Positions 8,135-15,931 of a stretch of 64,000 bases of DNA are shown in pieces. The number at the start of each line of letters is the position of its first letter. Position 1 is the first letter of the stretch. Where the stretch lies: the NCBI GenBank assembly GCA_910584745.1, contig CAJUDG010000013.1:37082-101081 (forward strand), given 5' to 3'. Under the pieces are notes generated by a model that worked only from the letters and a program-made list of their open reading frames with translations, did no database searches and had not been told where the DNA came from. This DNA is from an uncultured Eubacteriales bacterium. GTDB lineage: Bacteria > Bacillota > Clostridia > Oscillospirales > Acutalibacteraceae. The position numbers and the translations under genes were made by a program.

Positions 8135-9706
8135 ATGATTGAGATAGGTTTAAACAGAGTTAGAAAGAATTTTGGATTCAAGAACGTGCTGGACGGGGCC
8201 AGCCTGGAGATCCACACCGGGGAGCGCGCCGCCATAGTGGGGCCAAACGGCGCGGGCAAGAGCACCATCCTGCGGCTCATCGCCGGGGATGAGGCCCCGG
8301 ACAGCGGCGGGGTCAGCCTGCGCCGGGGGGCCCGGATGGGGGTCCTTTGGCAGATACCGCCCTTGAGAGCGCCGGGGGTCACGGTGGAGGAGGTGCTTTT
8401 GGAGCCCTTCGCCGGGCTTATCTCCATGGAGCGGCGGATGAGGGAGCTTGAGAGCGAGTTTGGCCGGGCCGGGGACGACGGGCTGATGGAGGAGTATTCC
8501 GCCCTGCAGGAGCGGTACGCACTCGAGGGGGGCTATGAGACGGAGGAGCGGCGCTCCAAGGTCATCGGGGGGTTCCGGCTTTCGCCGCTGCTGTCCCGGG
8601 AGTACAACGCCCTGTCCGGCGGGCAGAAGACCGTGGTGAACCTTGCCGCCGCCGTGCTGCCCGGGCCGGATATCCTCTTGCTGGACGAGCCCACAAACCA
8701 TCTGGACATGGAAACTTTAGAGTGGTTCGAGGACTTTCTCTCAAAGTATCGGGGCACGGTGGTGACGGTCTCCCACGACAGGTGGTTCCTGGACCGTGTG
8801 GCTACGCGCACGATACTCCTTGAGGGGGGCCGGTGCGAGAGCTTTTCCGGGGGCTATACAAAGGCCATGGAGCAGAGGGAAAGGGAGCTTTTGGAGGAGT
8901 TCCAGCAGTATAAGACCCAGCAGAAGAAGATAGAGGCCATGAAGGCGTCCATCAAGCGCTTCCGCCAGTGGGGTGCGCTGAACAAGAATAACCCCAGCTT
9001 CTACCGCAAGGCAAAGGAGCTGGAAAAGCGCCTTGAGCGAATGGAGGAGCTTGAGCGGCCCCAGCTTGAAAAGCCGAAGCTGTCCATAAGCTTTGAGGGC
9101 TCCCGCACGGGCAGTGAGGTGCTGCGGCTTCGGGACTTCTCACTGAGACTTGGGGATAAGGTCCTCTTTGATGGGGCGGAGCTTCTGGTGCGGGAGAAAG
9201 AGCGGGTCTGCCTTATGGGCCCGAACGGTTCGGGGAAGACCTCCCTTATAAGGGCCGTGCTGGGAGAGCTGCCCTATGAGGGGGAGGTAAGGCTGAACCC
9301 CTCTGTGAAGCCCGGCTATATCCCCCAGGAGATACGCTTTGCCCCGGAAAGCGACACGGTGCTGGAGGCCTTTCGCCGACAGGTCCCCTGCACCGAGGGG
9401 CAGGCCAGGAGCATTCTCGCAAGGTACTTCTTCCGGGCAGAGGACGTGTTCAAACGGGCCGGGTCCCTCTCCGGCGGCGAGAAGGTGATACTGAAGCTGG
9501 CGGCGCTTATGCAGCGGCAGGTGAACCTGCTGATACTGGACGAGCCCACAAACCATATCGACATCCCCACCCGGGAGATGCTTGAGGAGGCCCTCTCTGA
9601 GTATGAGGGCACGCTGCTATTCGTGTCCCATGACAGGTATTTTGTGCACAAGACGGCGACGCGGGTCGTGGGGCTGGGGGAAGGGGGAAAAATCCTGGGG
9701 GCTTGA
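8135..9706 (+). CDS. ABC-F family ATPase (ribosome-associated, possibly ribosomal protection)
   Basis: Two NBDs (GPNGAGKS/LSGGQ/LDEPTNHLD and GPNGSGKT/LSGGE/LDEPTNHID), helical linker, no TM segments. AAGGAG RBS favours ATG 8135 (alternative 8129). Confidence 0.9.
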   Translation: MIEIGLNRVRKNFGFKNVLDGASLEIHTGERAAIVGPNGAGKSTILRLIAGDEAPDSGGVSLRRGARMGVLWQIPPLRAPGVTVEEVLLEPFAGLISMERRMRELESEFGRAGDDGLMEEYSALQERYALEGGYETEERRSKVIGGFRLSPLLSREYNALSGGQKTVVNLAAAVLPGPDILLLDEPTNHLDMETLEWFEDFLSKYRGTVVTVSHDRWFLDRVATRTILLEGGRCESFSGGYTKAMEQRERELLEEFQQYKTQQKKIEAMKASIKRFRQWGALNKNNPSFYRKAKELEKRLERMEELERPQLEKPKLSISFEGSRTGSEVLRLRDFSLRLGDKVLFDGAELLVREKERVCLMGPNGSGKTSLIRAVLGELPYEGEVRLNPSVKPGYIPQEIRFAPESDTVLEAFRRQVPCTEGQARSILARYFFRAEDVFKRAGSLSGGEKVILKLAALMQRQVNLLILDEPTNHIDIPTREMLEEALSEYEGTLLFVSHDRYFVHKTATRVVGLGEGGKILGA

Positions 9707-9736
9707 CAATCGGGCTCTGACGGAGTATAATAGAGA

Positions 9737-9832
9737 CATAAAAAAGCGGAGCCCGCCGATAGACGGCTGGCCCGGGTTGATTACTTTATATGTTGCAACC
9801 GTTCCAGGGCACGGAACGGTTGCTTACTTTTT
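9737..9832 (+). ncRNA. Putative type I antitoxin antisense RNA
   Basis: Perfect TTGACA-N17-TATAAT (9703-9731), no ORF, terminator GCAACCGTTCC-N7-GGAACGGTTGC plus T-tract overlapping the toxin stop codon. Confidence 0.65.
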
Positions 9833-9919
9833 GTGACTTATACTATCACATACGCTGATAGCGGTCAGCAGGAGCATAAACAGCTCTATGACCAGGTGCA
9901 GTATCTGATAGTCACTCAT
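9824..9919 (-). CDS. 31-aa hydrophobic peptide, putative type I (holin-like) toxin
   Basis: MSDYQILHLVIELFMLLLTAISVCDSISHKK*, G-rich RBS (AAGGGGGG), promoter TTGCAT-N17-TATCAT (10143-10115). Confidence 0.7.
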   Translation of the reverse strand: MSDYQILHLVIELFMLLLTAISVCDSISHKK

Positions 9920-10152
9920 TAAGCTCGCCCCCCTTACACTGGATTCCCTTTCGGGTCTCTATGTAATCAGAGGGTTCAGGCCCCCTGTTGAGGGCAGAGT
10001 TTCCCGGTACCCCGCGAAGCGGGGGCGGCTCTTTCAGAGCCGAGGGAAATCTCCGGGACCTGGCGAAGCCAGCGTCCACCAACCGTCCACCGCAATGGCG
10101 AACTCCTTATCGACATGATACCAGAAATTAGCAGGAAATGCAAGGGGTTTCT

Positions 10153-11511
10153 TCACGCCTCCCCCAGCAGCATCCTCATGGTGGTATACGCCTCGTGGAC
10201 CGCCTTGTCCCGGCCTTGATCATCCGCGGCGCGGCAGTAGTCGAGGTAGCCCTTGTCTATCTCGCCGTCGAGCCTTGTGGGGAACTGGACCTGAGTTATC
10301 CTCTGGGCCAGCCCGGTGAAAGCCTCCCAGTAGTTCCCGTCCATACCCAGGGACAGGTCGCCGCCGCCCCCGGTGCGGGTATAGGGCAGCTCCTGGCCCG
10401 GGCCCAGAAGGTCGCCATATATGGGCAGGGTATCGTTCCACATGTACATATGTATGTCAGAATCCCGCATATAGTCGTGGCCCAGCAGGAAGTCCGCGGC
10501 AAAAAAGGCCCCCGCCGGGTTCTTTGAGTTGGCGTTCACCCCGGCGAATACGCCCACCCGGGCGGTGATGCCGCCATCCTTGTCATAAAGCGGCACCAGG
10601 GTCACCGGCTCCCGGGCCAGGGCGCGTATCTTCTCATCGGAGATGGTGGCCGCCAGTCTGTACAGCAATATCCCGCTGGCGGTCTCGCCGGGGCCCGCCC
10701 GGTCCTCATAGTCCAGGAGCTTCTGATAGAACTGTGAAAGCTCCTCCTCCGTAAAGTTCAGGCTCTCCTTCTTATAGTCGGCCAGGACCCCCAGGGCCGG
10801 GTGTGGGATGAGGATTGGGTCGTCCTCCGCGCCCTTCCACAGGGAGAGGGTGTCTTTAAAGCACCCCTCAAGGTCCAGCATGTCGTCCAGGGTGGGGGCC
10901 GCGTCCGGCTCAAGCTCAAGGTACGAGGATGGCATGAGCGCCGCGTCCAGGTCATAGGTCATGGGCAGCAGGAACCGCGAGCCATCCGACGAGAGCCCCG
11001 CGTCGAATACTGGGGCCAGCATCTTCTCCGGCTCCATGAACCGGGCGGTCTCCATGTACTTGTCCAGGTTCAGGAACATGCCGTCCTCCATCTTCTTCTC
11101 CGGGAACAGGAACAGGTCCGCGCGGCCGCTCTGGCGCATGACGAACAGGTCCGGGCCCTCCCCTGCCATGAGCTCCGCCCGAAGCCTTGTCAGCTGGCCG
11201 TCCCGGTCAGAGCCGTTCCCCTCGATGAACTCCAGCTGGACGTTCTCCGGCCCTCCGGCGGCCTTTAGGTCCTTTAGGAACCTGTTTGCGGCCTTGTTCC
11301 GCAGCCTCCCCCCGATATATTTCATATCCCCGCTGTCAAAGTCATAGTGCCGGGGGTCCCTGGGCGGGGAATTGTCCAGGTCAAAGCAGATGGTCAGGGG
11401 CTTTTGGGGGTCCAGCTCCTCTGGCTCCGGGGCCTCCTTTTTGGGCTTTGAGCAGGCGGCAAGGCCCAGAAGGGCCAGAAGCAGCATAAGAAGGGCGAGC
11501 TTTTTCAGCAT
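10153..11511 (-). CDS. Orphan extracellular solute-binding lipoprotein (sugar ABC SBP-like)
   Basis: Lipobox LAAC; LMAGEGPDLF, FLNLDKYM, NANSKNPAGAF motifs; own promoter TTGCAA-N17-TATAAT. Confidence 0.75.
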   Translation of the reverse strand: MLKKLALLMLLLALLGLAACSKPKKEAPEPEELDPQKPLTICFDLDNSPPRDPRHYDFDSGDMKYIGGRLRNKAANRFLKDLKAAGGPENVQLEFIEGNGSDRDGQLTRLRAELMAGEGPDLFVMRQSGRADLFLFPEKKMEDGMFLNLDKYMETARFMEPEKMLAPVFDAGLSSDGSRFLLPMTYDLDAALMPSSYLELEPDAAPTLDDMLDLEGCFKDTLSLWKGAEDDPILIPHPALGVLADYKKESLNFTEEELSQFYQKLLDYEDRAGPGETASGILLYRLAATISDEKIRALAREPVTLVPLYDKDGGITARVGVFAGVNANSKNPAGAFFAADFLLGHDYMRDSDIHMYMWNDTLPIYGDLLGPGQELPYTRTGGGGDLSLGMDGNYWEAFTGLAQRITQVQFPTRLDGEIDKGYLDYCRAADDQGRDKAVHEAYTTMRMLLGEA

Positions 11512-11588
11512 AGAGAACACTCCCATAATATTTGATATACTTTATATTATATCATGCCGCCCTAACTATTGCAAGCGCCCTCTGATAT

Positions 11589-12161
11589 CTACTCCCCACA
11601 CCTGACCCCGCCGGTGCCAACGTCCGTTATCTCCCAAAAGTCGCCGTCCCGCTCCACCTTTATCTGCCGGGTGAACCTGTACCAGCCCTCCCGGTCCTTC
11701 ATGGCCACGGTGTTCCCGGCCATAAGCTCCGCCGTGGGCTCGCCGCCCTCTGGCCGGAACTCGCAGGCCATAGAGTAGCAGAATGAGCTCTCGGCCACGT
11801 CATACAATGACAGCTCCGCGCACTCATACTCCGCTGTGCCGGTCCCCTCGAAGACGTTCTCCATCCACTTCACCGCCGAGGCGCGGATTATCCCCGCAAT
11901 GTCCTCGGGCACCGCGTCAAGTTCCAGGTCAGCGTCTATCCCTATCTCCGCCTCAATCTCCGGCTTCGTCTCAGGCTGGACATCGGGCTCCACAGCTCCT
12001 CCCCCTGGCGCGGGCTCGGCGGGCGTGGGCTCCGGCGATGTCTGAGGTGTAGTGGCCTCGGGTGTGGGCGTGGGCTCCGGCGGCGATGCCTCTCTCCCCC
12101 CACAGGCCGCCATGGCAAGGAGCATAAGCGCCATTAACAGTACGATTGGTGTTTTTTTCAT
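11589..12161 (-). CDS. Hypothetical lipoprotein with a Pro/Thr/Glu-rich linker
   Basis: Lipobox MAAC followed by EPTPTPEATTPQTSPEPTP. Confidence 0.75.
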   Translation of the reverse strand: MKKTPIVLLMALMLLAMAACGGREASPPEPTPTPEATTPQTSPEPTPAEPAPGGGAVEPDVQPETKPEIEAEIGIDADLELDAVPEDIAGIIRASAVKWMENVFEGTGTAEYECAELSLYDVAESSFCYSMACEFRPEGGEPTAELMAGNTVAMKDREGWYRFTRQIKVERDGDFWEITDVGTGGVRCGE

Positions 12162-12288
12162 GGTCCTCATCCTTTCGGGTTTGATTTGACGTTCTACTTA
12201 CTATATCGTCAGGGGGGCGGGGTGGTCACAGGGTTTTGGGGGAATTTTTTGGGGTTGACATTTTGGGGGGTGGGGTGTATAATACAGA

Positions 12289-12375
12289 TGGAAATTTATT
12301 GTAATGGACATGTTGCTCTACCCAATGGGAAACCCCGGAGACTGCACTCTCCGGGGTTTCCCATTGGGCATTTTG
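12289..12375 (+). ncRNA. Putative antitoxin RNA, Fst/par-like module A
   Basis: TTGACA-N17-TATAAT (12255-12283). 5' part repeats the toxin start region. 21-bp perfect hairpin 12321-12368. Confidence 0.7.
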
Positions 12376-12392
12376 GGGCATTTTGCGCGGGC

Positions 12393-12488
12393 TTACTTGT
12401 CACCCATCTGGATGTCAAGCCATTTGCAGATTAGATGCGCCGTGATAACTGCTGCGACATCCAGAATGAAATTTATGTAAATAGACAT
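12393..12488 (-). CDS. 31-aa Fst/Ldr-like type I toxin, module A
   Basis: MSIYINFILDVAAVITAHLICKWLDIQMGDK*, RBS GAGGGGGTGG, promoter TTGACA-N17-TATAAT (12565-12537). Confidence 0.8.
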   Translation of the reverse strand: MSIYINFILDVAAVITAHLICKWLDIQMGDK

Positions 12489-12575
12489 GTTGCCACCCCC
12501 TCTCAGCTCGCTGAGTTGTTGGGTGCAAGCGCCTACATTATACCATCGCTGGCGAAAAATGTCAACGCGGGCGGC

Positions 12576-13601
12576 TTACCCCACCGGCGGCTGCGGGGGC
12601 TGTGCGTCCTGGGGAGGCTGCTCCTGCGGGGGGGCGTAGACGGCGGGGGACTGGGGTACGCCGTACATGGGCGGCGTCATGGGCTGCACGGGGGGATATA
12701 GCACCTGATTCATGGCCTTTCCGTAGGTGCGCAGGAGCACTATCATCAGGATAAGCCCCACGCCGCCCGCAATGCCCGCCGCGCCGGTTAAGGGGGCGGT
12801 GAACAGTCCCAGAAGCCCTGAGATAAGGCTGCACACGGCGCTAAAGCCGGTCATACCCACAAGGTAGCCGGATACCCTGTCGTCGGCCATGCCCGTGGCG
12901 GCCACGGTCTTGGTGCGGTTTATCATGCGGATAATGCTGGCCTGATAGGCGATGGCAAGGCCCATGGCAAAGCCGATGATAAGGGCGAAGACGGCCAGCA
13001 CCACCACCACGGCGATGGTGGCCTCCTCATCGGAATAGCCGCCGCCATAGCTGTAGCCGCCGTATGCGCCGAACATGGAGCCCAGGGGCGCGTCGCTTAC
13101 CAGAAAGGCGATGATTACGATGGCGAACCCGCACAGCACCAGCAGCGCGGCAATGCACAGCCCCACAAGGCTTATGTACGAGAGCACCTTGCAGATGGTA
13201 AGCCCCGCCGTGGAGATGTTGCCGTTCTGGCGGCCCATGCAGGTGGAGTAATGCAGCCACATGGCCACGGCGGTGAGTATGGCCGGGGCGGCGCCCAGCA
13301 CCGCCGAGACCACCGAGGTGGAGCGCATTGCGTTCATGACGGCCTCTATCTCCTCCCAGTCCAGCCCCATCTGGCGGGCGTAGATATAGATATTGGACAT
13401 GGCGTCACCCATCCCCAGGGAGGAGAAGACGGTCAGAAGGGCGGACAGCGACATCAGCACCGCCAGCGCCAGGAACAGCGGCGACGAGCCCACGGTCTTC
13501 AGTGCGTTCAGCGCAGGATTATCCGACAGCGGCGGCCGCTCCAGCGTACAAGGGCAGACGGTGCCGTCGGGGATCTCCCGGCCACATTTCGGACAGATCA
13601 T
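12576..13601 (-). CDS. Membrane protein with N-terminal zinc-ribbon-like motif and Pro/Gln-rich tail
   Basis: MICPKCGREIPDGTVCPC, about 6 hydrophobic segments. Confidence 0.8.
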   Translation of the reverse strand: MICPKCGREIPDGTVCPCTLERPPLSDNPALNALKTVGSSPLFLALAVLMSLSALLTVFSSLGMGDAMSNIYIYARQMGLDWEEIEAVMNAMRSTSVVSAVLGAAPAILTAVAMWLHYSTCMGRQNGNISTAGLTICKVLSYISLVGLCIAALLVLCGFAIVIIAFLVSDAPLGSMFGAYGGYSYGGGYSDEEATIAVVVVLAVFALIIGFAMGLAIAYQASIIRMINRTKTVAATGMADDRVSGYLVGMTGFSAVCSLISGLLGLFTAPLTGAAGIAGGVGLILMIVLLRTYGKAMNQVLYPPVQPMTPPMYGVPQSPAVYAPPQEQPPQDAQPPQPPVG

Positions 13602-13769
13602 TTTGAAACCCTCCAGAATATCTGTTTTTTGCCTTACAGCATATATATTACATTATTATGGCGGAAAATGCAAGGGGGAAATGGAGGGGGGCGGACCCTT
13701 GCCGCTTGAAACGGGAAAGGGGCCGTGATATAATGGGCTCGATAAATCGGGAGCTAGAGGTGTGAGTTT

Positions 13770-14132
13770 ATGAATTCTACTGTCTACGTAGGAATTGGGA
13801 TTTTACTTGTCTTAACGATAATCATATTATTCATTTTATTAAAACGCGATTCCTTCAAGTCCGAAAACGGCAAAAGAATATATATCGCGACAGGGGCGCT
13901 GCAAGCGGTCCATGTGATATTGTATTTGACGGGACTACTGGATAAAATCGCTCAAGCTAATATGTACATCGCATTTGGGATTTGTGCTGTTATTTCCGTC
14001 ATGTGTGTTTTGCTGTCCGGCTGGATGCTGCTGTCTCCTTCAAAGTTCAAGCATGGCATAAAGTATCTGCTAATGTTCGTCGCTGTACTCCAAGTGGTCA
14101 GTACGATCGTCATATTTTTGCTTCCCGGCTAG
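13770..14132 (+). CDS. Small low-GC four-TM membrane protein
   Basis: Promoter TTGAAA-N17-TATAAT, GAGGTG RBS, four hydrophobic stretches, visibly AT-richer than its neighbours. Confidence 0.7.
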   Translation: MNSTVYVGIGILLVLTIIILFILLKRDSFKSENGKRIYIATGALQAVHVILYLTGLLDKIAQANMYIAFGICAVISVMCVLLSGWMLLSPSKFKHGIKYLLMFVAVLQVVSTIVIFLLPG

Positions 14133-14274
14133 GCTGAATGACAGCCTCCAGTTTGGCTGTTCGGCTCTCTGACTGTTACGCCATCTTGGGGCCCGCGTTG
14201 ACATTTTTCGACAGGGATGGTATAATGTAGGCGCTTGCTCCCAATCACTCCGCAAGCGGAGAGGGGGTGGTGAT

Positions 14275-14373
14275 ATGTCTGTTTACTTAGACTTTCTCAT
14301 GGACGTCGCAGCAGGTATAACCATATATCTTATCTGCAAATGGCTTGACGTTCTCATGAGGGGAGACAAGTAA
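14275..14373 (+). CDS. 32-aa Fst/Ldr-like type I toxin, module B
   Basis: MSVYLDFLMDVAAGITIYLICKWLDVLMRGDK*, RBS GAGGGGGTGG, promoter TTGACA-N17-TATAAT (14198-14226). Paralog of 12393-12488. Confidence 0.8.
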   Translation: MSVYLDFLMDVAAGITIYLICKWLDVLMRGDK

Positions 14374-14387
14374 GCCTAAACCAATAC

Positions 14388-14472
14388 CTAAAATGCCCAA
14401 AAGAAACCCCGGAGAGTCGCATTCTCCGGGGTTTCCCATTTGGTGTGGCAATATGTCTGTTTAGATTTCTCG
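14388..14472 (-). ncRNA. Putative antitoxin RNA, Fst/par-like module B
   Basis: TTGACA-N17-TATAAT (14506-14478). Repeat of the toxin start region at 14442-14471. Hairpin GAAACCCCGGAGA..TCTCCGGGGTTTC. Confidence 0.7.
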
Positions 14473-14599
14473 CCCATATTATACCACCCGCCCCCCCAAA
14501 TGTCAACCCCCAAAACCAAGACAAAAGCGCCCACCCCACGCGGACGCCCCTGTCAAAAAACTCACCTAATTATACAATTACCCCGGGCCCTCAAGTCTC

Positions 14600-15808
14600 T
14601 TACAGGCCCTCTACCAACGCTTTCGTGTCCCTGGCTATGACCAGCTCCTCGTTGGTGGGTATGACATAAACCTGCACCTTGCTGTCGGGGGCAGAGATCT
14701 TGCCCTCCTTGCCGAGGATAGTCTCCTCGTTCAGCTTATCGTCCAGCTTCACGCCCAGGAACTCAAGGTATTTGCCTATCTCCCTGCGGTGCATCCACTG
14801 GTTCTCGCCCACGCCCGCCGTGAAGACCATGGCGTCGCAGCCCCCCAGGGCTACAAGATAGCCGCCGATGAACTTCGATATCTGGTACTCCAGAATGTCG
14901 TGGGCAAGCTTCGCGCGCTCGTTTCCGGCCTTGCGGGCGGCTGTAACGTCCCTGTCATCGCTGGACACGCCGGATATGCCCAGAAGCCCCGACTTCTTGT
15001 TCATTATCTGGTCCATCTCCGCAGGGCTGAGGTGCTCCTTCTCCATTATGAAGGTCACCACCGAGGGGTCCAGGGTGCCGGTGCGCCCGCCCATCATGAA
15101 GCCGTCAAGGGGCGTAAGGCCCATGCTGGTGTCTATAACCTTGCCGCCGTCTATGGCAGTGATGGACGAGCCGTTGCCCAGATGGCAGGTGATTATCTTA
15201 AGGTCCTTTATGTCCTTCCCCATAAGCTCCGCGCACCGGGCGCTTACATACCTGTGGGAGGTGCCGTGGGCCCCGTAGCGCCGGACGGCGTACTTCTCGT
15301 AATACTCGTAGGGGACGTTGTACATATAGGCCTTTGGCGGCATGGTGGCGTGGAAGGAGGTGTCGAAGACCACCGCCTCGGGGACATTCTCCCCAAAGAG
15401 GTTCCGGCAGGCCTTGATGCCCTGGACATGGGCTCCGTTATGTAGGGGCGCGAGAGGTATCAGGCTCTCGATATCGGCTATGACCTTGTCGTCCACAAGG
15501 CAGGACTGGTGGAAGATGGCCCCGCCCTGGACCACCCTGTGACCGATGGCGGACACCTCGTCCAAATGCTTTATAACGCCCTTTTCCGGATCCAGCAGCG
15601 CGTCCTTCACCTGGGTGAAGGCGGCGGTGTGGTCGGGCATGTCCACGTCCTTATGCAGCTCCCTGCCGTCGGCGGTCTTGTGGGTGAATATGCCCCCATC
15701 AAGGCCTATGCGCTCACAGTTGCCCTTGCAGAGCATTTTCTCGCCGTCCATATCGATAAGCTGGTACTTCAGCGAGGAGCTGCCCGCGTTGATTACAAGA
15801 ATTTTCAT
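14600..15808 (-). CDS. ackA: Acetate kinase
   Basis: ILVINAGSSSLK, GHRVVQGG, APLHN, FDTSFH, HLGNGSS, IPTNEELVIA. Confidence 0.97.
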   Translation of the reverse strand: MKILVINAGSSSLKYQLIDMDGEKMLCKGNCERIGLDGGIFTHKTADGRELHKDVDMPDHTAAFTQVKDALLDPEKGVIKHLDEVSAIGHRVVQGGAIFHQSCLVDDKVIADIESLIPLAPLHNGAHVQGIKACRNLFGENVPEAVVFDTSFHATMPPKAYMYNVPYEYYEKYAVRRYGAHGTSHRYVSARCAELMGKDIKDLKIITCHLGNGSSITAIDGGKVIDTSMGLTPLDGFMMGGRTGTLDPSVVTFIMEKEHLSPAEMDQIMNKKSGLLGISGVSSDDRDVTAARKAGNERAKLAHDILEYQISKFIGGYLVALGGCDAMVFTAGVGENQWMHRREIGKYLEFLGVKLDDKLNEETILGKEGKISAPDSKVQVYVIPTNEELVIARDTKALVEGL

Positions 15809-15931
15809 ATCTCTCTTTCCTTTCCGGTTATAATTTCGTATAATAGATACAGTAAGGACATTCTGTCATCTTGTCTTCGCGCATCATATTATACTATACA
15901 ATATTGAAAAATTCAAGGAGTTTTACAGAAA

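Noticed and set aside
10092..10115. GGAGTTCGCCA on the minus strand resembles the fluoride riboswitch core
   Set aside because: The upstream GGCGAT pairing strand is missing, no fluoride-related gene follows, and the segment is explained by 5'-3' pairing of the toxin mRNA.
12186..12701. ORF-track calls 12186-12434, 12435-12701 and the analogous ones at 14354-14669
   Set aside because: They run through promoters and terminator hairpins of the TA modules and lack an RBS.
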